Positions 37,456-46,499 of a stretch of 46,499 nt of DNA are shown here, in pieces. The notes beneath the pieces are model-generated. The model was not told the origin of the DNA and searched no databases. It was given only the letters and a program-made list of their open reading frames with translations. The stretch is from assembly GCA_965662175.1 (NCBI GenBank), contig CBFIGT010000006.1, positions 312 through 46,810 of the forward strand, read 5' to 3'. The stretch comes from Arcobacter sp. GTDB lineage: Bacteria > Campylobacterota > Campylobacteria > Campylobacterales > Arcobacteraceae. Every line of letters starts with the position of its first letter. The stretch's first letter is position 1. The translations under genes were made by a program, and so were the position numbers.

Positions 37456-38542
37456 AACAGGTTTAGTTGTTAAAAACAACTCTGCATATGTACAGTTATA
37501 TAAAAGTAAAACTCTTTTAAATATTACAAGTAAAATTTTAAATAATCCAATTGAGCTTATTTGCGATGATACTTGGATAAATAGAATTTTTGATTGGGCT
37601 GATGAGAATAAGATTGATGATATACATTGTGTAAAAAAGGGTTTTAATATAAATTACACTAGAGGTATTCCTAGAAATAAACAAGCTTTATTGGAGCTTG
37701 AAGAGCTTAATTTATATAAATATAATCTAACTTATTTACCAAGAGAGATTGGAAATCTTACAAAACTGAAAAAGCTACATTTGTACAAAAATAGATTAAG
37801 ATTTTTACCAAAAGAGTTGGCAAAACTTGAAAATTTAAAGGAGTTAAGTGTATCTAAAAATAATCTTACAAAACTTCCAGATGAGCTTTGTGAACTTAAA
37901 AATTTAGAAGTTTTAAGTGCTATTGATAACTCTTTAAGCTATATACCATCAAAAATTGGTGAATTAAAAAAGCTTGAAAAATTAAACTTATTAGGTAATA
38001 ATTTAAGAATATTACCAAGCAGTATTTGTAAGCTAAAAAAACTTGATAGTTTAAGTGTTTTTGATAATAAACTTGAATCTCTTCCTGAAAATATAGGTCA
38101 AATGGAGAGTTTAAATGAACTTTTAATTAATCATAATCAATTAACACATTTACCTGAAAGTATAGGAAATTTAAAAAACCTAAAAGTACTTTGGTTATAT
38201 GAAAATAGATTAGTTGATTTACCTAAAAGCATAGGTAAATTAAAAAGTTTAACTGATTTATGGATATATTCTAATAATTTAAAAACCATACCATTGGAGA
38301 TTACATCTTTAACAAATTTAAAAGAGTTGTGGATTTCAAACAACTGTTTAATAGATTTACCTAAAGATTTAGATAAATTAAAAGAGCTAAAAGAGTTTAA
38401 TATCTCAAAAAATCAAATAAAAAAGCTTCCTAAAGAGTTATCCTCTTTAGAAAAATTAAACTGGCTTGAAGTTGATAAAAATGTATCTATTCCAAAAGAG
38501 TTTGACTTATTTATTCAAAAAAGTATTATTAACTTTACCTAA
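37445..38542 (+). CDS. Leucine-rich repeat protein (~12 x 23 aa)
   Basis: Repeated LxxLxLxxNxLxxLPxxIxxL; no signal peptide; start overlaps the J-protein stop. Confidence 0.93.
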   Translation: MTSRTGLVVKNNSAYVQLYKSKTLLNITSKILNNPIELICDDTWINRIFDWADENKIDDIHCVKKGFNINYTRGIPRNKQALLELEELNLYKYNLTYLPREIGNLTKLKKLHLYKNRLRFLPKELAKLENLKELSVSKNNLTKLPDELCELKNLEVLSAIDNSLSYIPSKIGELKKLEKLNLLGNNLRILPSSICKLKKLDSLSVFDNKLESLPENIGQMESLNELLINHNQLTHLPESIGNLKNLKVLWLYENRLVDLPKSIGKLKSLTDLWIYSNNLKTIPLEITSLTNLKELWISNNCLIDLPKDLDKLKELKEFNISKNQIKKLPKELSSLEKLNWLEVDKNVSIPKEFDLFIQKSIINFT

Positions 38543-39599
38543 GCTTTTTTATTTTAGAGTTGACATTTTCCATATCGTTTGAGAACTTTTTTAGTAATTG
38601 AATTAAAGATATAAAAAAAGTAACCATTGCAGGACCTATAATCATACCCCAAAAACCAAATGTTGAAAGTCCAGCTATAATAGAGAAAAAGATTAGTAGT
38701 TCATTTATTTGAGTTCTTTTTTTCACTACTTTATGATTAATATATTTTATAATTACAGGTTTTATAAAGGTATCTGCAATAATTGAAATTACAATAATTG
38801 AGTATAAAACAATAGCAAATGCAACAGCTGTTGAGCCTGTAAAGCTTTCATATATTGCTATTGGAAGCCACATTATCATCCCACCAATTACTGGAATTAG
38901 TGAAGCAAAACCATATAAAACACCCAATAAAATTCCATCATAACCAAAAAATGAAACAAATACTCCAAATAAAAAGCCCTCTAAAACAGCAGTTGCTAAG
39001 ATTGAGTATAAAACAACACTCATAACATTAGATGACTCACTAAATAAAGAATCAGAATCCTCAATTTTTAGTGGTAAAACCTCTTTTAAATATCGTAATA
39101 AAGAATCAGAATAGAAGTTTAAAAAGAAATAGAATATTAATATTAAAATCATATCAATAATAAATTTTGCTGAGTTCTTACCTAAATATGCCCCAAATGA
39201 TAAAAGATTTTGTATTAGTTCTTGGACATTTATTTTATCTAAGGCCTTTATAATATCCTCTTTAAAAATGATTATATCATTTGGAAGTAGAGCAACCCAA
39301 GTTTCAAATTTAGTCAAAATTTTTGTTAATGCTTGTTGGTCTATATTATTAATCAAAGTGGCAAATGAGAATATACAATAAAGCAATGGAATAAAAAATA
39401 CTAAGGTTAAAATAATTGTCATAATAACAGAAGAAACAAATCTGCTTGGTATTTTTGATTTCATATATATATTTAGTTGATTTGTAGCAACTGCTAAAAG
39501 TAGGGCAACAAATATTGATTTTAAATAGGGATTAAATAGCTCAAATAAAAAATAAAGAGTAATAGCTGTAATTGCTATTAGGAAATATTGTGGTTTCAA
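38535..39599 (-). CDS. AI-2E family (PerM-like) transporter
   Basis: [27 protein letters not shown]. Confidence 0.9.
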   Translation of the reverse strand: MKPQYFLIAITAITLYFLFELFNPYLKSIFVALLLAVATNQLNIYMKSKIPSRFVSSVIMTIILTLVFFIPLLYCIFSFATLINNIDQQALTKILTKFETWVALLPNDIIIFKEDIIKALDKINVQELIQNLLSFGAYLGKNSAKFIIDMILILIFYFFLNFYSDSLLRYLKEVLPLKIEDSDSLFSESSNVMSVVLYSILATAVLEGFLFGVFVSFFGYDGILLGVLYGFASLIPVIGGMIMWLPIAIYESFTGSTAVAFAIVLYSIIVISIIADTFIKPVIIKYINHKVVKKRTQINELLIFFSIIAGLSTFGFWGMIIGPAMVTFFISLIQLLKKFSNDMENVNSKIKKLR

Positions 39600-40612
39600 A
39601 ATAGTTTTCCTTCATTTCCCGGATGACTTAATCTAAAAAGTTCATAGGTTTTAACAGAAGCTACTCTTCCCCTAGCTGTTCTTTCTATATATCCATTTGC
39701 TAATAAGTATGGCTCAATAGCATCTTCAATTGTACCCTCATCTTCACTAAGTGCTGCTGCAATCGTAGAAAGCCCCATTGGTTTTCCTCTATTTGTAACT
39801 AAAAGTTCAAGTAAATTTATATCCATTTCATCAAAACCTGTTTCATTAACTCCAAGTTCATCAAGTGCATATTTACATCTTTTTATATTTATTATAGTCT
39901 CATTTTCAACTTCAGCAAAATCTCTTACACGTCTAAGTAATCTAAGGGCAATTCTAGGTGTTCCTCTGCTTCTTCTAGCAATTTCCAAAGAAGCATCTTT
40001 TTCACACTCTTTATTAAGTTTTACACCAGCTATTTGAATGATTTTTGATAACTCAAGATGGTTATAAAATTGCATTCTAAAATGCATACCAAACCTCTCT
40101 CTTAAAGGATTTGATAACATTCCAGCTCTTGTAGTAGCTCCTATTAATGTAAATCTAGGTAGATCTATTTTTACAGTTTGAGCAGCAGGTCCTGAGCCTA
40201 TTATAATATCAAGTCTATAATCTTCCATTGCAGGATAAAGTATCTCTTCAACAGCAGGTGAAAGTCTATGAATTTCATCAATAAATAGAATATCTCCCTC
40301 TTCAAGATTTGTTAAAATTGCAGCTAAATCACCTGATTTTTCAATCATAGGACCTGCTGTAATTTTGATATTTGTATTCATTTCATTTGAGATAAGATAA
40401 GATAGTGTAGTTTTTCCAAGACCTGGAGGTCCATAAAATAAAATATGATCTAAAGCTTCTCCTCTTTTTTTACTAGCTTCAATAAAAACTTTTAGATTTC
40501 TTTTTATTTTTTCTTGACCAATATAATCATCCCAAGAAGATGGTCTTAAACTAACTTCAACACTCTCATCTTCAAAAGAGATTTGCTCCACATTAACTAA
40601 TCTATCATCCAC
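39596..40612 (-). CDS. ruvB: Holliday junction helicase RuvB
   Basis: [32 protein letters not shown]. Confidence 0.98.
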   Translation of the reverse strand: MDDRLVNVEQISFEDESVEVSLRPSSWDDYIGQEKIKRNLKVFIEASKKRGEALDHILFYGPPGLGKTTLSYLISNEMNTNIKITAGPMIEKSGDLAAILTNLEEGDILFIDEIHRLSPAVEEILYPAMEDYRLDIIIGSGPAAQTVKIDLPRFTLIGATTRAGMLSNPLRERFGMHFRMQFYNHLELSKIIQIAGVKLNKECEKDASLEIARRSRGTPRIALRLLRRVRDFAEVENETIINIKRCKYALDELGVNETGFDEMDINLLELLVTNRGKPMGLSTIAAALSEDEGTIEDAIEPYLLANGYIERTARGRVASVKTYELFRLSHPGNEGKLF

Positions 40613-40614
40613 TT

Positions 40615-41424
40615 TTAATATTCCTCATCTTTGTTTGGGAAAGAGGCATCTTGTACATTTTCTCTATAATTTGAAACAGCTTCTTTTACAAGTTTTCCAC
40701 CATTTAAATAGTGTCTTACAAATTTTGGTTTAAAATCTTCAAAAAAACCTAACATATCTGACCAAACTAAAACCTGTCCATCAGTCACATTCCCAGCACC
40801 AATTCCAATAATAGGTATATTTACAGCTTCAGTGATTTTTTTAGCAGCATCACTTTTAACACCCTCAAGAACTATAGCAAAAGCACCTGCTTTTTCAATA
40901 GCTTTTGCATCTTGGATTAACTGTTCTGTGTCTTCAAAAGATTTACCTCTAACCTTATATCCACCCTCACTTCTAACATATTGGGGCATAAGTCCAATAT
41001 GTCCCATAACAGCGATTGAGTTTGAAGTCAGATGTTTAACAATATCAGCTCTATCTTCACCACCCTCTATTTTAATAGCTGCTGCGTTTGTTTCCCTATA
41101 AACTTTTATAGCATTTGTTAAAGCTTCATCTTTATTTATATAAGTACCAAATGGCATATCAAGAATAACAAATGCCTCTTTTGCACCTTGGCAAACAGCT
41201 TGAGTATGGTAAATCATTTGCTCTAATGTTGCTGATAAAGTATCAGGTTTTCCTGCAAAACTCATATTTAAACTATCACCTACTAAAATCATATCAACCT
41301 CTTTTTCAAAAAGTTTTGCAAAAAGAGCGTCATAAGCCGTAATCATTGTTAATTTTTTTATATTTTTGGCTTTTTTTATTTTTGTAATGTTTATTTTTTC
41401 AAAATTATTTTTAATAATACTCAC
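40615..41424 (-). CDS. panB: 3-methyl-2-oxobutanoate hydroxymethyltransferase
   Basis: [32 protein letters not shown]. Confidence 0.97.
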   Translation of the reverse strand: MSIIKNNFEKINITKIKKAKNIKKLTMITAYDALFAKLFEKEVDMILVGDSLNMSFAGKPDTLSATLEQMIYHTQAVCQGAKEAFVILDMPFGTYINKDEALTNAIKVYRETNAAAIKIEGGEDRADIVKHLTSNSIAVMGHIGLMPQYVRSEGGYKVRGKSFEDTEQLIQDAKAIEKAGAFAIVLEGVKSDAAKKITEAVNIPIIGIGAGNVTDGQVLVWSDMLGFFEDFKPKFVRHYLNGGKLVKEAVSNYRENVQDASFPNKDEEY

Positions 41425-41568
41425 AATAATCCTTTATAATTCAGTCAATATTGTATCTAAATTTTACTTTTTCTTATTAGAAAGAGAGAGATAAAATTCA
41501 AATACTCATTTCACATAAAGAAGAATTTAGTTAAAATATTTGCATTTATTTTTAATTAGGATTATATT

Positions 41569-42309
41569 TTGAAAAAACTTGTTGGATATATTACTGCATC
41601 ACTACCTGAAAACAATTTTACAATAGATTTAGCTTTAAGCATGAAAGAATCAGGTGTTGATATTTTAGAGTTAGGAATTCCATTTTCTGACCCCGTTGCT
41701 GATGGTCCGGTTATTGAAAAAGCTAACTTAATAGCTTTGGAGAGTGGATTTAAATTAAAAGATTTATTTGAAGTTTCAAGTAAAATTGCCCCTGAAATTA
41801 GAACTTTATGGATGGGTTATGCAAATCCTTTTTATCACTTTGGTGCTGAAAAGTTTTTTGCAAAAGCTCAAGAGCTTGGTATTAAAGGAGCGATTATCCC
41901 TGACCTTCCTTTAGAAGAGGCTATAAAGTATAATAAATTAGCAGCTCATTATGAGCAATCTATTATCTCTTTTGTAGCACCAACTCATAGTGAAAATAGA
42001 ATTAAAAAAGTAGTAGAACACTCAAAAGAGTTTGTTTATATGGTTGCATATGCAGGAATTACAGGAAGTGGACAAGAAGAGGATTTATCTGATATTATTG
42101 ATAATGTTAGAAAATATACAAAAACTCCCCTATATATAGGTTTTGGTGTTGATGAAAAAACAGCTAAAGCTAAAGCTAAAAATGTAGATGGTGTTATTGT
42201 AGGTTCTACATTTGTAAAACACTTAATAGATAGTAGTTTAAGTAATAGTGAAAAAATTCAAAGAATAACAACTGCTGCTAAAGAGATTAAAGAGAAGATT
42301 AACGAATAA
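41569..42309 (+). CDS. trpA: Tryptophan synthase alpha subunit
   Basis: ELGIPFSDPVADGPVI, PDLP, GITG, GFGV, DGVIVGS. Confidence 0.97.
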   Translation: MKKLVGYITASLPENNFTIDLALSMKESGVDILELGIPFSDPVADGPVIEKANLIALESGFKLKDLFEVSSKIAPEIRTLWMGYANPFYHFGAEKFFAKAQELGIKGAIIPDLPLEEAIKYNKLAAHYEQSIISFVAPTHSENRIKKVVEHSKEFVYMVAYAGITGSGQEEDLSDIIDNVRKYTKTPLYIGFGVDEKTAKAKAKNVDGVIVGSTFVKHLIDSSLSNSEKIQRITTAAKEIKEKINE

Positions 42310-43046
42310 TGCAATTAATAGATGATGAAATAGAGTTTGTAGAAAACAGTAGGGAGTGTTCCTACTTCGATAATGAAATTTCAGACATTAGATATAGATA
42401 TATAAAAAATTGCAGTGTTGATGATTATCAAAATATGCTTGAGCATGGTTGGCGTAGATTTGGTAGAATGCATTTTGTACCTGAATGTAAAAGTTGTACA
42501 AAATGTATAAGTATTAGAATTGATGTTGCAAACTATAAGTTTTCAAAATCAGAAAAAAGAGTATTGGCAAAAAATAAAGATACAAAAGTTTTTATTCAGC
42601 CACCAAGTATTTCTGTTGACCATTTAGCTTTATATGATAAATATCATAATTTTATGAGTAAAAAGAAAAACTGGACTTACTCTCCAATAGAGCCTATTGA
42701 GTATAGTAGGTCTTATGTGGAGGGAAAATCATCTTTTACAAAAGAGTTTTTATATATGAGAGATAATAAGTTAGTAGGTGTTGCCTTAACTGATGTTTTA
42801 CCAAAATCAATCTCATCAATTTACTGTTTTTATGACCATGATTATGATAACTTGTCAATTGGTAAGTTTTCTATTTTAGCCCAAATTAAAGTAGCAAAAC
42901 AACTCAAAATACCATATATATATTTAGGTTATTGGATTAAAAAACATTTTTCTATGGGTTATAAAGAATCATATCAACCTTTTGAAGTTTTAAAAAATAG
43001 GGCTTCTTTGGAAGAAGATACTATTTGGGAAAAATATAAGGTATAA
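42309..43046 (+). CDS. bpt: ATE1-like aminoacyl-tRNA-protein transferase (bacterial Bpt family)
   Basis: CSY, GWRRFG, CxxCxxC, SSIYCFYD, YIYLGYWI. Confidence 0.85.
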   Translation: MQLIDDEIEFVENSRECSYFDNEISDIRYRYIKNCSVDDYQNMLEHGWRRFGRMHFVPECKSCTKCISIRIDVANYKFSKSEKRVLAKNKDTKVFIQPPSISVDHLALYDKYHNFMSKKKNWTYSPIEPIEYSRSYVEGKSSFTKEFLYMRDNKLVGVALTDVLPKSISSIYCFYDHDYDNLSIGKFSILAQIKVAKQLKIPYIYLGYWIKKHFSMGYKESYQPFEVLKNRASLEEDTIWEKYKV

Positions 43047-43082
43047 TAATCAAAAATAATAATTTTTATTAAGGTTTAATTT

Positions 43083-43421
43083 ATGAAAAAATTATCAGTT
43101 TTATTTCTTCTAATAGTTTCATTCTCTTTTGCAAGTGGTGATTATACTCCAAATGAGGTAGATTGTTTGGTTATAAAAGAAGAGAATTCAATTATTTGCA
43201 AATATATTAGTGAGCGTTCAAGTGAAGATAGATTTATAAATGTGGAGTGGATTGACCCAAATGGTGATTTGTCACGAAGTAGAAAAATTCTTTTTCCATC
43301 AGGTCATGGTTCTGTTTATGACTTTAGGTATTTAAGTGGAAGAGCTGAGGGAATTTGGACTTTTAAAGTCTTTGATATGAATAAAGAGTACAAACTTGAA
43401 TTTAAAATTGAACTAGAGTAA
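43083..43421 (+). CDS. Small exported hypothetical protein
   Basis: Signal peptide (..SFSFA); WIDPNG and GIWTFKV suggest an Ig-like beta fold. Confidence 0.7.
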   Translation: MKKLSVLFLLIVSFSFASGDYTPNEVDCLVIKEENSIICKYISERSSEDRFINVEWIDPNGDLSRSRKILFPSGHGSVYDFRYLSGRAEGIWTFKVFDMNKEYKLEFKIELE

Positions 43422-43431
43422 AAATTTTACT

Positions 43432-45543
43432 CTAGATACTAAAAATATTGTATGTTATAAAAGATAATATCCATGCGGTTGTTGTTGTAAACATAAATAG
43501 ATAAACTAAATATCTCCATCCACCAGCTTCCCTTGTAAATACCATTGATGCAGCTAAACAAGGCAAATAAATCATAACAAATACAATAAATGACATTGCA
43601 GAGGCAAAGGGAATGTTATTTTGTATTTTTTGAAGTAGTGTATCACTCTCTTCATTTATCTCTCCACCCAAGCCATATAAAATACCAAGTGTTGAAACAA
43701 CTATCTCTTTAGCTGCTAATCCTGTTTCTAAGGCAACAGTCATTTTCCAATCAAATCCAAGCGGAGCAAAAAGTGGCTCTGAAAACTTACCTATTTTACC
43801 TAAGTATGAGTTTTCTAAATTATAAAGAAGTAGTTCATTTTGTAACTCTAATTTCTCTTTTTCACTACTTGCTACTTCGATTTTATTATTGATTGTTTCT
43901 TCAAAAAGTGGATATTTTGGATAGTTTGAAGCAAACCAAATAAGTAATGAAGCAGCTAAAATATAAGTTCCTGCTTTTTTTAAATACATCAATGCTTGAT
44001 TTGAAACTGTATGCCAAATAAGTCTAAAAGAGGGCATTCTATATTTTGGCATCTCCATCACAAAAGGTTCATCTTCACTTTTAAATACAGTCATTTTAAG
44101 TACTTTTGCTGCAAACAGACCTAAAATAGCACCTGAAATATATATTAAAAATAGAATATTTCCAGCATTCTCTTTTGGAAAAAAAGCTCCTGTAAATAGG
44201 ACATAAATAGGTAATCTTGCACCACAAGACATAAAACCTATAATAAATAGAGTCAGTAATCTATCTTTATCATTTTTTAGTGTTCTTGCAGCCATATAAG
44301 CTGGAACAGAACATCCAAAACCTGTTACTAAAGGAATAAAAGATTTTCCATTAAGTCAAAATTTATGAAAAAAACCATCTAGTAAAAAAGCAACTCTACT
44401 CATGTAACCAGTTGTTTCAAGTAGTGCAATACCAAAAAATAGTATCACAATATTTGGAACAAAAAGTATAACAGCACCAACACCTGCTATCGCACCATCA
44501 GCAATCAAAGATGAAACTTGATTATCCCCTAAAACATTTTTTGTAGCATCAATAAGCGTTGCAAAAAAAGCATCAATCATATCCATTGGAATATTTCCAA
44601 GTTCAAAAGTTAATTGAAAAAGCGACCACATAAAAAATAAAAATATTGGAATACCAAGTATTTTATTTATTAAAATTGAGTCAATTTTTGAGCTTAAGTC
44701 AATTTGTTCCTCTTTTTTTCTTGTTACAACTTCTTGAGCAGCACCTCTTGCAAAGGCATTTTTTTCTTCAGAAAAAATTTCTTCTAAGTCTTTGGTATTA
44801 TAGTGAATATAAATATGCTCAAAAGCTTCAGATAAGATAGGCTGTAACTCTATCCAGATTGGTTCATCATGAACTTTTAAATATGTTTTTTTATCTTCTT
44901 GTAGAAGCTTAATTGCTAACTCTCTATAGTGAACATCACTTTTATATTTTTTCTCTCTTAAAAGAGTCTTTATATTGGATATCTCTTCTTCAATAACATC
45001 AGAAAAAATAAGTTTTGATTCAAATTTTAAAGAGCTGAATTTATTAATAAGTGCTTGAATTAACTCTTCAATTCCTGTTCTATTTTTTGCTGAGGTTTTA
45101 ATACAAGGTTTACCAATTATTTTACTTAATTGTTGAGCATCTATTGAAATACCTTCATTATCAGCTTCATCACTCATATTTAAAGCAATTACCATTTTTT
45201 TATCTAAGGCTAAAAGTTCTGAAGTAAGATATAGATTTCTTTCTAAATTTGTAGAGTCTATTACATTTAATATAATATCATAGTAATCTTTTTCAAGATA
45301 GTTTTTTGTAACTCTCTCTTCAATAGTATACTCATTTAAAGAGTAAGAACCCGGTAAATCAGTGATTTGAAATAAATAGTCATTGTAAATAAACTCAATT
45401 TGTTTTTTTTCAACAGTAACACCTGAAAAATTCCCAACTTTTAATCTAGAGTTTGAAATTGAGTTAATAAGCATAGATTTACCAACATTTGGTTGGCCAA
45501 CTAGTGCTATTTTTATTAGTTTTTTATCATTTATATTTGACAT
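43432..45543 (-). pseudogene. feoB: Ferrous iron transporter FeoB interrupted by an in-frame TGA at 44356-44358
   Basis: GQPNVGKS, DLPG, NMSD G-domain. Reads ..[31 protein letters not shown] in a single frame into ORF 43432-44295. Confidence 0.93.
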
Positions 45544-45767
45544 TCTGTTTTTTCTACTTCTATTGTTTTTGCTTCATTTATTCTTAATGCAATTTTCGTA
45601 CTATGGAGCTTTATTTCAATAGTATTTTTAGAAAGAGTTTGTTCAATTACATAAACAACAGCCCCTTTTGTTATACCAAAAGAGTTAAATCTAGATTTTA
45701 AAACAGAATCTGATGTGATTTTTATGATTTTACCACATTCACCTTTTTGTAATTCACTTAAGTTCAT
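45531..45767 (-). CDS. feoA: FeoA
   Basis: LSELQKGE, RFNSFGITKG, IALRINEA; directly upstream of feoB. Confidence 0.92.
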   Translation of the reverse strand: MNLSELQKGECGKIIKITSDSVLKSRFNSFGITKGAVVYVIEQTLSKNTIEIKLHSTKIALRINEAKTIEVEKTECQI

Positions 45768-45785
45768 AACATACCTACTAATTAT

Positions 45786-45800
45786 TAATAATAATTATCA
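45786..45800. promoter_or_regulatory. Fur box 1, over the predicted feoA start site
   Basis: TAATAAT-A-ATTATCA, one mismatch to TGATAAT-N-ATTATCA; minus-strand TACAAT at 45805-45800. Confidence 0.8.
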
Positions 45801-45833
45801 TTGTACTAGAAAAATTTTAAATAATTACTTAAG

Positions 45834-45848
45834 TGATTATAATTATCA
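45834..45848. promoter_or_regulatory. Fur box 2, abutting the fur -35
   Basis: TGATTAT-A-ATTATCA, one mismatch to the 7-1-7 consensus. Confidence 0.8.
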
Positions 45849-45850
45849 GT

Positions 45851-45879
45851 TTGATTTTTTTATAATTATTTGTTATACT
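45851..45879 (+). promoter_or_regulatory. sigma70 promoter of fur
   Basis: TTGATT-17 nt-TATACT with TG at 45871-45872. Confidence 0.7.
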
Positions 45880-45907
45880 CCTACGCAATATTTAAAAGGA
45901 AATTTTT

Positions 45908-46354
45908 ATGAAATTTAGCAGAGATATAAATGAGCTAAAAGGTGAATTAAAAAAAATCGTAAAACAAAAAGGGCTTAAGTATACAGAACAAAGAGAAATA
46001 ATATTACAAGTGCTTTTAAACGCACCTGGGCATTTAAGTGCTGAGGATGTTTATAATGAGGTAAAAATTAATTTTCCTGATTCAAACATAGGAATAGCAA
46101 CAGTATATAGAGCATTGAGTTTCTTAGAAGAGGTACATTTAATTACTTCAATTTCATTTGGGACAGATGGAAAAAAATATGAAACAAATACTAAATCTCA
46201 TCATGATCACTTAATTTGTACATCTTGTGGAAAAATTATTGAGTTTGTTGATGAAGATATTGAAAGAAGACAAGATAAAATAGCTAAAGAGAATGGCTTT
46301 AAAATTACAAATCATGTTATGCAACTTTTTGGTAACTGTTCTGATTGTCAATAA
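45908..46354 (+). CDS. fur: Ferric uptake regulator
   Basis: TEQREII, HLSAE, IATVYRAL, HHDHLICTSCG, C-terminal CxxC; divergent from feoAB. Confidence 0.93.
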   Translation: MKFSRDINELKGELKKIVKQKGLKYTEQREIILQVLLNAPGHLSAEDVYNEVKINFPDSNIGIATVYRALSFLEEVHLITSISFGTDGKKYETNTKSHHDHLICTSCGKIIEFVDEDIERRQDKIAKENGFKITNHVMQLFGNCSDCQ

Positions 46355-46382
46355 TATTTAAGGTTTAACCTTAAATATTATT
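46350..46382. terminator. Perfect inverted repeat covering the fur stop, likely terminator
   Basis: AATAATATTTAAGGTT-T-AACCTTAAATATTATT, 16-bp arms. Confidence 0.7.
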
Positions 46383-46499
46383 CTATAGATTGTAAATAGA
46401 GATTATGTTTAATAATCTTTTTGAAATGTTTAAATTTTTTTAAAATTTTCATTTTATTTCTCCACACTTATATTCACAATTTTTACATTTATTCAAATC

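Noticed and set aside
37688..38500. LRR region as CRISPR, DNA tandem repeat or Roco/NEL effector
   Set aside because: The 69-bp periodicity is only protein-level and degenerate, and no GTPase, ligase or TIR domain follows.
41425..41568. trp attenuator or leader upstream of trpA
   Set aside because: No Trp-codon leader peptide or alternative hairpins are visible; it looks like a plain divergent promoter gap.
44356..44358. UGA reassigned to Gly (code 25) or selenocysteine in feoB
   Set aside because: motB, the flgA-like gene and feoA end at TGA at normal lengths. The site corresponds to Gly, not Cys, and no convincing SECIS hairpin follows.
1181..45918. Short ORF-track entries overlapping real genes (e.g. 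1181-1522, 7411-7764, 11295-11798, 12079-12378, 40832-41101, 45715-45918)
   Set aside because: They are mostly antisense shadows of well-supported genes, with no motifs or SD.

Overview
Very AT-rich chromosomal window whose gene content and order point to Arcobacteraceae (Campylobacterota); this assignment is an inference. Bases 1-28297 hold a large co-directional flagellar cluster: fliF(partial)-fliG-fliH, fliN-flgD-two flgE paralogs, an orphan plus a TPR protein, flaG-fliY-motA-motB-flgJ-flgN-flgA-like-flhF-flhG-orphan-fliE-flgC-fliK-fliR-flhB-TPR-fliI-flgL-flhA. It runs directly into a BatD-like/MFP/MFS trio. The rest is mostly housekeeping: bioD, clpS-clpA, a lipoprotein cytochrome c, panB-ruvB-AI-2E, trpA-bpt, feoAB and fur. 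The most notable items are: (1) a coupled J-domain coiled-coil + cytoplasmic LRR gene pair that looks inserted, the best candidate for an undescribed system; (2) feoB interrupted by one in-frame TGA at an expected Gly; (3) clpA with a 1-nt frameshift at an A5G4 run; (4) a flagellar TPR gene that appears to start at ATT; (5) a PomAB-like stator with unusual channel residues; (6) two near-consensus Fur boxes between feoA and fur. No rRNA, tRNA, CRISPR or transposase was seen.
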